Source: Lama glama (taxonomy: Eukaryota). Taken from it: a stretch of 64,000 bases of DNA. The translations under genes and the position numbers were made by a program. Of the stretch, positions 24,090 to 36,390 are shown piece after piece. The stretch spans positions 99,140,001-99,204,000 of the forward strand of contig CM052816.1 in NCBI GenBank assembly GCA_028534125.1. The letters are read 5' to 3'. Each line of letters begins with the position of its first letter. Position 1 is the stretch's first letter. The notes under the pieces were generated by a model. The model worked only from the letters and a program-made list of their open reading frames with translations. It was not told the origin of the DNA and ran no database searches.

Positions 24090-25245
24090 AGCCGTGTCTG
24101 CAGGAGTCCGTTACTCCGTTATTCCGGGCCAGAGTACTGGGGAATCCTTGGTTTGCAGGACCCTGTGGGATGGCGTGGAAAACCCTCACCATGTGTTTCT
24201 GCTGCAAACTGAAGCGTGGCAGCTGTTTCCAGGAAAAGCCCTTCTGTGACTGAGCTGGATGCTGATCTAGCTGTGTTGTTCCCTGAGCACCATATTTAAT
24301 TGAAACAACAACTGACAGACAGACCGTAATTATTCAGACTTTGGTAGACATTTTGTAGACAATTTCTCAAAAACAAACCAAGTCAGCCTGACACCTCAAG
24401 GAAAGCAACTGACAGAATTTGTTGCCAAGGATAAAATTGGAGTTTTCAAACATGAGCTTGACAGCTTCTCGATATTTAGAGACTTTTTTGATGAGATGGA
24501 TGGTGTTATTAATAACAGTGAATTTGGGGATATTTTTTAGTGAAACGTGTCAAGACTTAGAAGATCTGTAAAACTCAGTGAACCAATGTTTTCCAAATGA
24601 TCAATGAGGGATGTTACAGAATCACAAATGGGCTAAAAGATCCATTCATTCAAAATTCACAAAAGACCAGTGGGTTTTAATGTAACGGAGCATGAAAAAT
24701 TGATTTTTTTTAAAAGCACCACATTGCAGGAAACTAATGTGGAATCTGATACTACTTGTTCTGTGTCAGTAGTATCACAGAGGAATATCCACAATTTCAC
24801 AAAGAAGTTATTAAAATATTTCTGTTTTCCAGGCACATATGTCAATGAGGTCAGATTTTCTTTATATACTTGAACCAAAATAATTCATCCCATGAGATGA
24901 AATGAAGAAGCAGATATGAGGACCCTTGCTGTCTTCTAAGAAGCTTGGCATTAAATAGACCTGTGACAAGTTAAAAACAATGAATGACACAATTGTCACT
25001 GTCTTTTTAAAATAAAATTATTTTTCATAAAACTGCATTATATATATATATGTGTCTACATTTATTGGGCTAATTATTGTTGTTTTCAAATGAATCAAGG
25101 AAGAAATAGTATACAGTTTAGCAGTTTTTATTTCCAGTGTCACAAATTTCAATGCATATACAACCTATGTAAATAGATGTCTTTTATTTTCAATGATTTT
25201 GAGAGTGTAGAATCCTGAAAATCACCTGTTTGAGACTTGCAGTGT
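24090..25245 (+). mobile_element. Charlie1-type hAT DNA transposon, 3' portion
   Basis: ctgctgcaaactgaagcgtgg...aggaaaagc is a decayed LLHTEVRWLSRGK. Also caaggaaagcaactgacagaatttgttgccaaggataaaatt, aactcagtgaaccaatgttttccaaatgatcaatg, and a TIR-like end gtttgagacttgcagtg. Confidence 0.85.
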
Positions 25246-27689
25246 TAACTAAGGCAAAGTCTATGATCCATTGTTGCCTCTAAGATGTCTGACTCATTCT
25301 AACTTGTTATTTTGTATGTGACCCACATTTTCTGGATCTTTTGGAACTGTCTCTGTATCCCTGAGGTTCTAGAATGCTACTATGTTCTACTTTGGTTTGA
25401 GTCTCTTTTCATTCACTGTTCACAGCTTTTGATACATTCTCCATTCTGATAACTCCTGCTAAATTTCTTCTTTCTTTTTTTTTTAATATATTTTTTCTCT
25501 CCAGATCACCTTTGCAGTTTCTTTCCTCTTTTCTATTTCTATTCTCTTTTCTATTCTACTTTTTGACAGATTTCCTTGACTTTTCCTTCAAACCACTGTA
25601 TTTTAAATTTGGTCTATTATATCTTTAACTTTTGTGAATTATTTCCTTTTCTTGAAATAGTATTTTCTCTTTTATGAATCTAATATATTTTAATCATTTT
25701 CATTATTTTTTTAACCACTTTCATCAACTTTGTTCTTAGATTTCCTCAGTTTGTTTGTTTGTTTGTTTTACATTGCCCAGTTTCCTTCCATTTCAGTTTT
25801 TGTCTCATGTTGGTCTATCTCATGGTGAAGGTTCCCCTCAAATATCTGATAGTTTTGAGTTGTTTATGGACTGACTGGGTAATTACTTCCTCTTCTTCAT
25901 AAAATTTAAATAAAATCACAGGAAAGGACTAACAACAGAAAAACACCTTAAGAACACGGGGAATCAGAAATCACTGGAGAGGAACTTTCAATATGTCTGT
26001 CAACCACAAGCTCAGATGGTGCAGTAGGGCTTGGCACGGGGCGCAGAACGAAGACAGAGCACTTGGAGAACTTTCGAGTATTTGATGCCCCCGCCCCCGG
26101 TCAACCCATCAACTGACCTCATGCTGCTCTTCCAGATTCTGAGGGTTTACTCTAGGGAGAAACTGGACAGCTGAGATCCAGGCTTGTGGATCATAAACAC
26201 TGGGTATAGTGAGGGTGAAGTGTAGGAGAGAAAAAGCAAAAATCCGCATCTCCTCCAAGATCCTAAAATGCAGGGTCCTTCCCAGGGAGGGGCGAGGGAG
26301 GTAGCACTCAGGAAAATACAAGTCAATCAGCAAATGAAAAAGTCAATAGATACATAGATAATTCCAGAGGGAGATCCCTCCACATCCCATTCCACTCCCT
26401 TTAGCTTGTGCTAGCTAAATACTCACTGTATATTTCAGAGGAAGATCATGACAAAAAAAAAAAAAAGCAAGAATGGGCGTCTTTTGCAGGTGGATAAATT
26501 GGCACTAGGGATGTGTGTCTCCCTTTTGGAAAATGAGAGAGCACGTCTTCAACCGTACACGTAAGAGTTCAGGGCTGTGACTGTTTACATTTGGAAGTGA
26601 ATTACGGGTGAAGTGGATGTATGGATGCTGGTGACAAAATGGTAGATTGTCTTCGGTCCTCTGTTTTTGATTGCACATAATGACCGCCCCTTCTTAGGGC
26701 TCCTCTGCAGTACAGGGACCACATTTCTCAGCATTCGCTTCCAGTGAGAAACCCTTCCACGAGGTCTGGAAGGTGGGAGAGAAGAGCATGCCACTGTCCT
26801 CTGTGGGCAGCGGCTGCCCGATGTGCGGGCAGGTTCACAGTGGTTCTCCTGTATCCTTGAGCGTCAGCTTCAGAGAGACCCTGGGAGCTTCCTAGAGACC
26901 CTTCAAAACCACAGCACACTCTTGTGGACCATGCTCTTTGATACTTCAAGCTGAGATCCTAAACGTTGTCTTGTCTAAGTGCTGAGGTGGATATTCTGAA
27001 CTTCATTCCCCCTCTCTCCCAATGGTGGTGCCAATCCTGAATTCCTATATAAAACAACATGCAAACAAAGGGATTTTTCTTTCCCTGACAATGCCATAAC
27101 CGACACGATCCAACTTATTGTCCTCAGGTGCCGGGTCTGTGTTTCTCCTGACCTGACAGGGAAGGCTTATCTCTACTGCCCTTTCTTAGTCCGGGTCTTC
27201 TGGCTTCTATCAAATTCCACAGGTTTTCTTGATTTCTGATCCATGGTGCACCTCTGCGGGTCCTTTCACTGCAGATCGAGCCCTGGTGAGGCCAGCCCTG
27301 AGGGAGCGTGTCTGAGAGACAGACAGTGCATTCAGTTAAACACAGTCTGCACATGCTGACTGTGGGCTTCCTTTCATTATGTCCTTCTAGTCTCATGCGC
27401 AGTAGCCAGGGAGGGGAGGCTCAGAGGCACAAGGAACTCAGCCGAGTGTCAGCCCGGGTAGCATTTACTGAGTGTACTTTGTACTCTTCAAGTTCTCAGA
27501 CTCGGTCACAATGTGTGCCTCTATCCTTTAATCACTCCTAACTTTTGTTGGACTTGCTGTGATTTTAATGTTTTAGAGAGACTGAGTCTTGGAAAGAGTA
27601 ATTCTCTCTCTTTAGCCATTATTCTTGTCAATCAGTCTCCTCCTGGTGTCCATGGTTGTTAATATTTGTCTTTGTTTTATCTCTCTCCA

Positions 27690-28230
27690 GAAACATACAT
27701 ACACACACAGCTATACATACAGGCACATGCATGTGTTTACTGACCAGTAGGAGCAAGTTCAAGTAAGTTCAAAACATAACGACACTTCACTCCTAAGAGC
27801 TTTAGCCTGCATCACCCAAGAACAAGCACGGTATATGGCACACTCATCATGGCACCAGCCCATCTGAAATAGTTAGCCATGATTCATTAACAGCATCAAT
27901 ATCAACCTGATACCTTGATCACAGTATAATTTCCACACCTGCCCATTTGTTTCAATAGGAGAGAGTTTCTGTTTTAAGCCAGACTTTCACAGTCGCCATA
28001 TCTCTTTAGTTCATTTAATCTATTTAGACCTAAACCTTTGTTTTTTTCTTACTGACTTAGTATCTTGATGAATACAACACATGTGGGGCTTGTATGATTA
28101 TTTTTTGTGAATTTTATGTTTTTCTTCTTTTCTATCTTTCTGTATCATGAAAACTAGAAATTGGGTCTAGAGTTTGATCTAGTTCAGATTCAGTTTGTAT
28201 TGGCAAGCGTGATTCGTTGGCACTGATGTG
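27690..28230 (-). mobile_element. L1MC4/5-like 3' UTR, antisense
   Basis: aagtaagttcaaaacataacgacacttcactcctaagagctttagcctgcatcacccaagaacaag is a characteristic L1MC 3' segment. Confidence 0.6.
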
Positions 28231-31200
28231 TGATAGAAGGATAACTTTTCTATTATCGATAAAATAGTGGTAAGATTCAGCATTCTGGCCCACAACATTT
28301 AGTTAAAGGTATATGCAAGTAAGTGAAGGAAGACAAATTTGTTCTAGTTCTCAATTCTAAGGGAAATGTTCTCACTGCCTAGCTGACACTGAATAACACA
28401 GGGAAAAAGTAATTCGTAGCAATTATGTAAAAATCGTGGCTATATTATATATATGGCAGCTTTATATATTGACCAATGACTTATGTGAAATACATACTTT
28501 TCAGCTCTAATTTTGTAAATGCATTTTTGTGAGAGAATAAACCAATTTATTTAGCTTAAGAATTCTCTCATTATTTTAACATGATAAAATGGAAATTAAT
28601 TGTAGACTTTGTCTTTCTGTCCTCACATAAAGATGTTAATATAATTTTTACACATGAATTAAAAGGGGGAATCCCTTTTATTCAAGAGCTTAATATCACT
28701 TCATTAATGAACATATGGCAAATTGATCTCTGGTGCAGATCCGGGGGCCCCGTCATGCTAATTGCTGTCAGAGCCAGAATGATGCTGCCTATATCCGCTG
28801 GGAGGTCGTAAGTGCCTTTGGGTTTAATTCAAGGTATAATTGAGCATTAAGAGCCAATATGCACAGGATTAGCGATGATACCATGTTAGCTGGTCCTGGG
28901 TTTGTGCTGAGACTTGTTCTCTTCCCGATTATGGAGCTGCTTTGCTCTGGGACTTAGAGAAGGTCACAGGCCATGTTCTGTACCTCTGAGAAAACACTAG
29001 GGACTCTCGGATGCAACACTTGTGAACTGTAGTTGAAGAAATTCGGGCCCAGGGAGGCTGAGGCCTGGGGCGGGAGCAGTACAGCCAGGGCAGCGTCAGG
29101 ATGTAGCCCTGGGGGTGACAGCGGGCAGGAGCCAGCCCCATCTCCCACCTGCCTCTCCTCCACCCTCCCTGCCTTGGCCACGCTGAACTCCAGGGCCCCG
29201 CGTTTCTGGTGCTCCTTTTCCTGCACGCATCTGTGTGTGCTGTTCTATTGATGGGGACGCCTCATCCCCACTCCTCACCCACCAACTGGCTTCCCTGGGG
29301 ACCCAGGCAAATATCCGACCTAGCAAGGGAGCTGGTGACCCCCACCCGCTAGCCCTTTCCTGTAGCGCCCGCTGCTTCTCACAGGGCCTCGCACACCACG
29401 CCGTGGAGGGGCAGCCTCTTGGATGGGTGCTGGCAGAAGTCTCGGCTTCAGAGGGAGGCGGGGCCCCAGACGACAGTCAGCATGGTTCCCGCACAACGCG
29501 TCCCCGGAAGCACCGCCACTGGGATGAGTTCTTATTAACCTTGACCTTTAGAAGCCCACCGAGTGGACTGTGGGTCTCTTGTGGCTAGGGACCTAATCTC
29601 CTCTTCAGGGAAGAGGAAAAAAATCCCCCTTTTTACAGATAATGAGCACTAACTGTGCGCTAGTTGAATAATGTGTAAATGGGCAACTCAACCAATCTGA
29701 GCTCTGATTCTTTAACTCCAGATTTTCATGAGGCACGTTCATTTTTACCTACCCCAGCCTACTTCCCTTCCAAGAACACACAGCCGAGCACTTTCGCAGA
29801 CCTGAGTATTTGAGTCAAGCGTTCTTATCTTTTACTATATCATTAAATATTATCCTATTTACCCAATTTCCCTTTAATCCCTACTCTGCATAGATATTAA
29901 CACGTGAGGAGCAGAGGTTTATGAGGAGGAAGACCAGTAACTGGCAATTTCATCTTCCAAACCTGAGCGACTGCAACTTCAAGCTATCTACTTCTTTCTG
30001 ATTTACGGCAGTTATTTTTTAGTATATCTCTCGTGATCTTCTTTTGCTTTCAAAATTTATTCTAGAGTTACTAAAACCAACTAAACTTTTTTCTCTTATT
30101 AGTCAACACTTTCTAGTTGACGTCACCATAAACTGACATAACCAGGAAAAATGAAAACAGTGAAAAGAAACAAACTCCTTCCACACACCCTCTGTCTACC
30201 CAGTGGCTGGGCTGAGCCACGTCAATGTGAGAACCGACTGTCTGTGGCGTTGCTGCATTTCAGGCCAGTGAGCTTCCTCTGATGCTCATGTCCTGCCCTT
30301 GTCCCGGTGGTCTGTTTGTGACCCAGACCCCATCAGCGGTCAGGATCCTGCCTGCGATATGCTGCCACCAGCAGGGAGGCACTTTGTTTCAAATTCTGGT
30401 TAAATTGATTTAAAGAGCACCATCTTAATTCAGGGAAGGAGAGGAAAGGGGGACGTGGTAAGGGTGCAGCTGATACTTTGATGTGTGTGTGAAGCTTCTG
30501 CCCACTTCTCTTGCTTAAACCTTGCGGCCAGATGGAGGGAGTCACGTGCTTTGCGCATCCCCGAGTACCACGGGCCAGACTGATGGGCGGGACCGTGATG
30601 GTCAGAGTGAAAATTTAGGAAAGTCAGGAAACTGGAGGCACCAAGAATGCAGCCTGGAAGCCCTTTACAGGAACCTTAAGTAGCTCTTGCCCTTGGCTTC
30701 TGACCAAAAGAAGGTCGCTGTTGGTGGCAGAGAGGGGAGTGCTTACTTAGTAACTGTGCATTAGCATGCAGGCAGCTGAAGCGCTGGCACTTGTGTGCAC
30801 TGTGGTTGACGAGCACCACAACCACCTTTCTTCATTCTCTCGATGTCAGACACTGCTCTCCTACCCCAGAGAGAATGACACCATTCATAGTTTCCCATGG
30901 AAGTCTTTCAGTCACTTTTAAACAACCTATGGCTTTTTTTTTTTCATCAGCATTTAAGCAGATAAAGCATCGCTCTTGGGCTTGTAGTTTATGGTAAGTT
31001 GTAGCGGTGATCAACATGAGGAGAAGTCACAGCGGTGATCAACACGAGGAGTGAATCAGGAAAATTCCATTTTCTCAGCTCTTGTACCTTACAAGGCCGT
31101 TGTCACCATCACTCGCTGTCTCCAGACAGTCAGGGAAGTCAGTATGATGGTGACACCATGTGTCCTTTTCTCTCCTCTCCGTGCACCACCTTGTTACACA

Positions 31201-31449
31201 AGCTTCAACTTGAGTTCAAGGCCACCCACCTCATCCACCTCTTCCTTTCCCTGCAGATGTGACACCTGCCAGTGGTGTCCAAGGAAGGGGCTTGGTCTTA
31301 TGTCTTAACCATAGCTGCCTTGTGCACCTGGTGCTGTTCAGGAACTTTGCACAGCGCTTCGAGCTTCATCAGATTATTATCTTCTGAGTTTTCCAAGGTA
31401 GCTCCCAGCCGCCTTTCTAATAGTCCCTCTACTTCTGCTTTATGTGGGG

Positions 31450-31664
31450 CGGGGTTTCTCAGGCTCAGTGCCATGCACATTTTGGACCAGGCATTCCTTC
31501 ATTGTGGGGATGCCATCCCCTCCTTGTGGGATGTTGAGAGGCACCCCTGATTTCTCCTAACTAGAGGCCAATGGCCTGCCCCTTCCCCAACTGTGACAGT
31601 GAAAAACGTCTCCAGATTCTGCCAAATGTCCCCTGGGCAAAATCGCCCCGGTTGAGACATTCTG
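31450..31664 (+). mobile_element. MER20 (non-autonomous hAT-Charlie)
   Basis: About 215 bp with TIR-like ends cggggtttctca...gttgagacattctg and internal tgtgacagtgaaaaacgtctccagattctgccaaatgtcccctggg. Confidence 0.9.
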
Positions 31665-32649
31665 ATGCAAAATATCTAAGCATTTCATACAGAGGCGACC
31701 TCAGGGCATGTCATTCCTACTTCCTTATAAGGACATATACTTGGCACAGAGCTAGGTACACGGACGGAAAGCCGCTTCCCCAGCAGCTGCCTCAGTCGCA
31801 GGGCAGAAGCCTGTCTGCTCAGAGGCAGGCCCACCGAGAGCAGCGCCCCTTCCAGAGTTCTAGGCTCCAGGGAGAACTGGGCACGCTCTAGAACTTTGGT
31901 CTCTATTTAGAATTCAAGATACTTTATAGTATCACATTTTTTTTCTTTTTGGGGAAAAAAGTGGGTTTTTGTCTTCTGGAAAAGTTATTTCCATTCATGA
32001 ATTAAAAGGCTCATTAGTCTTTGAAATTGTAAGGAACTATGACAATTACAAAATGTCTGGTTTTTTTCCCCTACATTCTCTGTGAGCATCAGCACAAAGC
32101 CTGAAAAGAGGGCGTTGTTTAAAAGAAACCTCCTGTTGGTAAGGGATGCACAGTCTGGACGGTTTACACCTGGTAGGTTTGATCCCAGAAGTTCTTTAAA
32201 GTTTTTAGTCGCCAGCGAGGTTTTAAACTGAGGACAGACGCACTTTGATGGCAGTAGGATTGTGGTGGAGCACATAGCGCCTTACACCCTTTTCTTTATT
32301 TTTTTTTCTAAATTTGACTGTATTTAAGTCGTGTAAAAGAAGAGAGAGACAAAGAGGATGAAAATATGGGTGTCTAGGTAAAGATCTGGTGTCAGAGTTT
32401 ACAAATATCTGGCATAAACCTGTTTATATATAAATTTAAGAGTAACATGAATTTTTTAAAAATTTTATTTTGAGAGCTTGCCTGCAGCCACCAAGCACAA
32501 GGCTCCTAGAACCAGGGGGTAAAATACAAGGAGAAGGAAGGTGTCTACGCTCAGCACGCTGCGAGCTACTACTCCATCCGGGAATCATTTGTCATCGTCA
32601 CGCTCTCTCTGTAAGGGACGGGCGAGGTGCTTACTTTGTCTTTCCTTTT

Positions 32650-32787
32650 TTTGGGAGGGTGGGTGATTAGGTTTATTTATTTAGTTATTTATTTATTGTT
32701 TTTATTTCAATGGAGGTGCTGGGGGTTGAACCCAGGACCTCGTGCGTGCTCAGCACACGCTCTACCACTGAGCCACACACCCTCCCC
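32650..32787 (-). mobile_element. Camelid tRNA-derived SINE (Vic-1-like) with TSD
   Basis: Minus strand reads ggggagggtgtgtggctcagtggtagagcgtgtgctgagcacgcacgaggtcctgggttcaacccccagcacctcca followed by a (TAAA)n tail. TSD t(t/c)gtctttcctttt at 32636-32649 and 32788-32801. Confidence 0.9.
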
Positions 32788-33879
32788 TCGTCTTTCCTTT
32801 TACCTGTTTGGTTACGCTGCTCCAAACCTGCTTGTGTCGCCACAGAGCTTCTGTCTCTGACTTTGGCGGGGTTTAACCCACCACCTCCATGACCTTTAGA
32901 CACAGCGACTTTGTTCCGTGCCAAAGGGTAGAAGCGGTGCAGGAGGGTTTCCCTGGGGCCTGAGAGGGTCAGTCAGGAGAGGAGCTGTTTAAGGAAACTG
33001 TCTGTGCTGCCCCAGTGCTGAGATGGGACCCCAGGCACAGAGCCACTCGCATACTCTGAATATATACTTTTTTCTGTTTCTGATATGGGGGGGCTCTCAA
33101 ACACGGAGCCCAGGGCCCACAGAAGGCGACTCCTTTGCCCACGTAAATAGAGAGACAGCTTGCTTTTTCTCTCTTCCCACCTCCAAGGTCATCTCTAGTG
33201 TATTTATTCTGGAAGAGGGGGAGAAGGGAGGACTCTGAGAATCAGAGCACACCAGACCTGCATTCCACCTCTGGTCCACACAAAGTGAGGCAAAAGAAGC
33301 TTTGAGTTGGAAGATATGTGAGAGGAATTTTGCATTGAACGTGTGACTTTGAACATCAGAATGAGATGATTATATTAACTCACTATGCTGGTGAACTACA
33401 GGATCTGGCCAAGGGCACTACTGTCTTGCAGGAAAAGAAAGGATGTTGTGTCCACAAAAACCCAGAGATGGGGAAACCATAGTTACCTTCTGTTAAAATC
33501 TTGAACAAGTTGGGCCAACTTAATAGAGAGGGAGGCAGCCCTGCCTGGGGGTGAGACGCCCACTGCTTCCTCGTCCTGAGGGCTCAGCCCAGGGGAGTAA
33601 GCTCTCTTGACCTCTGTGGGACAGTAACAGTAGCTGCCTCGAAGGTAAGTGATGAGAAATAATTATGCCAATACACAGGAGGAATTTAGACCAGGGCCTG
33701 GCATGGAGCAAGCCCTACGTAGGCACCCAAACGAAAGTCTTACCCAGGGGTTTCCTTGTACTTGCTGAAATCACACATGGTCTCACAAACAGGGTCCTCT
33801 CTCACTATCAGTGCCTTTAATCGTGCACAGTGGCCACAGGAACTAGTTTGCCAGAAGCCCAGGAACATCAAATCCTGCC

Positions 33880-34620
33880 CTGTTCTCGCTCAGCATCCAA
33901 CTGGACATCAAATTCTGTTGCATTTATCTTCCATGTCTGTCTTCAATCCACCAACTCTGCTCCACTGTCACCATCGCCACCTCCTAGCCCCTCGCCGTGC
34001 CTGCCCTGGGGTCACCATGGAGGTGGGCTACACGGGGTCTCTGGCTCCTCTCCATCCCCCTCCATTCAGCCTCCACAGCCCTGCCGGAGCCCTCACTGCA
34101 AAATACAAACCTGGACATATACACCCCCCTTTCCAGCCTGAGCCACCTGCTGGCCCTTCCGTAGCTTCCCACCGCTCTGAGCAGAGACCGCTGGCCCGCG
34201 GACACCTGCGTGACCTGGCTCTCTCCAGTGCCTCCTCTGCTGTCTGGTCCTCTGTCACTGTGTCTGTCCCCATCATGTGCACTTCCTCGTGCTCCGTGTG
34301 ATGACTGTTTCCCGGGGACGCTGGCCCCGGCCACTCTCTCTTCCTGGAATGGGCTTCCTTGCGAGGCCTGCCTCAGGGACCCAAGGAGATGGCTCAGTCC
34401 TGCAGAGCCGCTGGCTCGGGAAAGCCTTCCTCAAATGCTCGCTCCCCCCACTGAAGGTCTCAAACGCTGGCCCTCAGTACACCTGCAATTTCCACTTACT
34501 GGCATGGTTTTTAACGTATTTGTTTCTCTCCTGTGACCACAGGTGCTGAGGCTGAGTTCCCCAGGCTCCCCCGGTGCACGGCACAGCCCAAACGTGGGTG
34601 TCCAAGGAGGACGTGTGGAG
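33880..34620 (+). mobile_element. L2 LINE 3' region, degraded and GC-shifted
   Basis: catcaaattctgttgcatttatcttcca...ctccactgtcaccatcgccacctcctag...aaaatacaaacctggacat...tcttcctggaatgggcttcc...ggaaagccttcct...cggtgcacggcacag. Confidence 0.7.
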
Positions 34621-34739
34621 TGAGGGCTGAAAGCAAGAAACTCTGGGGCACCCAGAGTTAAGGGGTAACAGCCGCTTCCACCCTGCGCTTCCCCAGCGTC
34701 CATGTTGACCTGTTATAACTCATTCTAACGCAAGAAAAG

Positions 34740-35240
34740 ATGAACAGACGAGAAAGCAAACAATGGCACATTCAGTAGTTTTCCTTTTAAGGAGCCCGTT
34801 AAACTGTGTTAATCGCTTATCAAATCAGATCAGGTGGTGCAGGTGCACATCTGAAAAATAAATGTTACCCCGAAAGAGATAAATATCCATCACTGAGAAA
34901 TGATGATTTGCTCTATTTCCTCAGCCAAGCAGTATTTATCAGGAGCATTGATTTAACTAGAGGCTATTGGCAGATACAAATGGATGATGACAGGAAACAA
35001 AAAACCACCTTCAGTTGCCATTGGGGGCTTTTTATTTTAATGTAATGCCTTTTGGAATTAGCGCTACTCCAGCAGCACCTCAGAGATGAATGAGGGACTC
35101 CTGCCAGGTTCCATACATCACAGTCCCGCGTCCACTTAGCCTGGGTGCTGCGGTCATGGCTTCTCAGTTTAAAAACACGTTGAGCGTTTACTGGAAGTTG
35201 CAGGGAAAAAAAAATCTAAATCTAAAAAGGGAATCAAACA
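34740..35240 (+). mobile_element. Ty3/Gypsy LTR-retrotransposon reverse-transcriptase fossil
   Basis: DKYPSLRNDDLLYFLSQAVFIRSIDLTRGYWQIQMDDDRKQKTTFSCHWGLF (34878-35033), then a frameshift to FNVMPFGISATPAAPQR*M...SLGAAVMAS (decayed YLDDIVIFS), then HVERLLEV. Motif order and spacing match Gypsy RT. Confidence 0.85.
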
Positions 35241-36149
35241 CCATTCAATGTAGTTGAAGTTTCCAAAGAATTCTTCATTTTAAAGATGGCAAATATAAAG
35301 AATTATTATTTCCCATGAGAGACAGCAAAAGCACAGCAGGGTCGAGGAGGCACCGCTGGGAAGCTGCTCTGTGTGTCGAGGGACCGAGACCAGCAGAGAA
35401 TTTTCTGTTCCATTCCGCCTGATTAACAGATATCTTAAGAGCTATCATGAGAAAATTGCTAGAATGGGGCAAGAGATTAGATCACAGGATAAGGCTGACA
35501 CTTAAGGCTTTTTTTTCCCCTTCCTCTAAAATGGAAGTAATAGAATTTGCCCTGCATAAAGTCATGAATCCAGCACTCTGTCTGCTCGGGGCTGGAGGTA
35601 GGGTAAAGAGACACCTGGGGGCAGGTTACTGGAATCCTGAATCGAACTGTGTCATGTGAGATTCGGGGGCGACTCACCCCCGCTTTCACTCTCAGCAGAG
35701 GTATCTCAGCTCCTGCCTCTATTCCACACATTCGGAATTCTTCAATAGAAATACAAAACAAAAATGAAATTAATAAGCAGACGAGGCTGATCAGGCAACT
35801 CAGCTCACCCTCAGATTATCCCAGGAAATGCGTGGCCCAATTCAGCCACAGAGACTTACCTGATATTCTTAGAGGGTCCTAGGAGTCCAGGGGGCAGGTG
35901 GGACGGTGTCCTCACCAGGCCCAGGTGTGTCAGGGACAGAGAGCCTGGACTCAGCTGCAAAGTCTGGCTTCCTTGTCCATCCTGGGCTGCTTCATTAAAA
36001 CTCCGCTGCTGGTCATCCCACTGACCTGGCTGGGATTAATAACGTACCCCAACAGACAGGCGCTCTCTCAAGACTTGCCTTGCTCTGGCCCTCAGCATCC
36101 ACTGGACCACTGTGCCCGGTGCCACGGTGCCCGTGTTCATAAGGGATGG

Positions 36150-36390
36150 AAGAAGCTCAGTGGTGAGTGGGTAACATCGCAGGCTTGGGCGGATCAGTGG
36201 GCTGGGTTCAAGATACGGCTTCACCATTTACTAGTCGTGTTCTTATGAGGAAGTACCTTCTCTTCTCTGAGTTTCTGCTTTCTCTGTAAATAGAATCAGT
36301 CGTATCTCCCCTGGGGGATATTTTAAACCATTGAGTGTGATGCAAAAATACTTAACCCAAGCAGGCACAGGAAGAGCTCAGTAAGCATCA
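36150..36390 (+). mobile_element. MIR SINE
   Basis: gggttcaagatacggcttcaccatttactagtcgtgt...ttctctgagtttctgctttctctgtaaa...ggcacaggaagagctcagtaagc. Confidence 0.75.

Noticed and set aside
30362..30382. CTCF-like gccaccagcagggaggcac
   Set aside because: An extra base disrupts the GGGGGC core spacing.
31003..31051. CRISPR-like repeat-spacer-repeat
   Set aside because: Only two copies with a 7-bp spacer in a mammalian genome; a simple duplication.
34806..35045. The 79-aa ORF as a functional domesticated RT gene
   Set aside because: Non-ATG start, frameshifts on both sides, an in-frame stop downstream and a destroyed YxDD motif. Kept only as a fossil.
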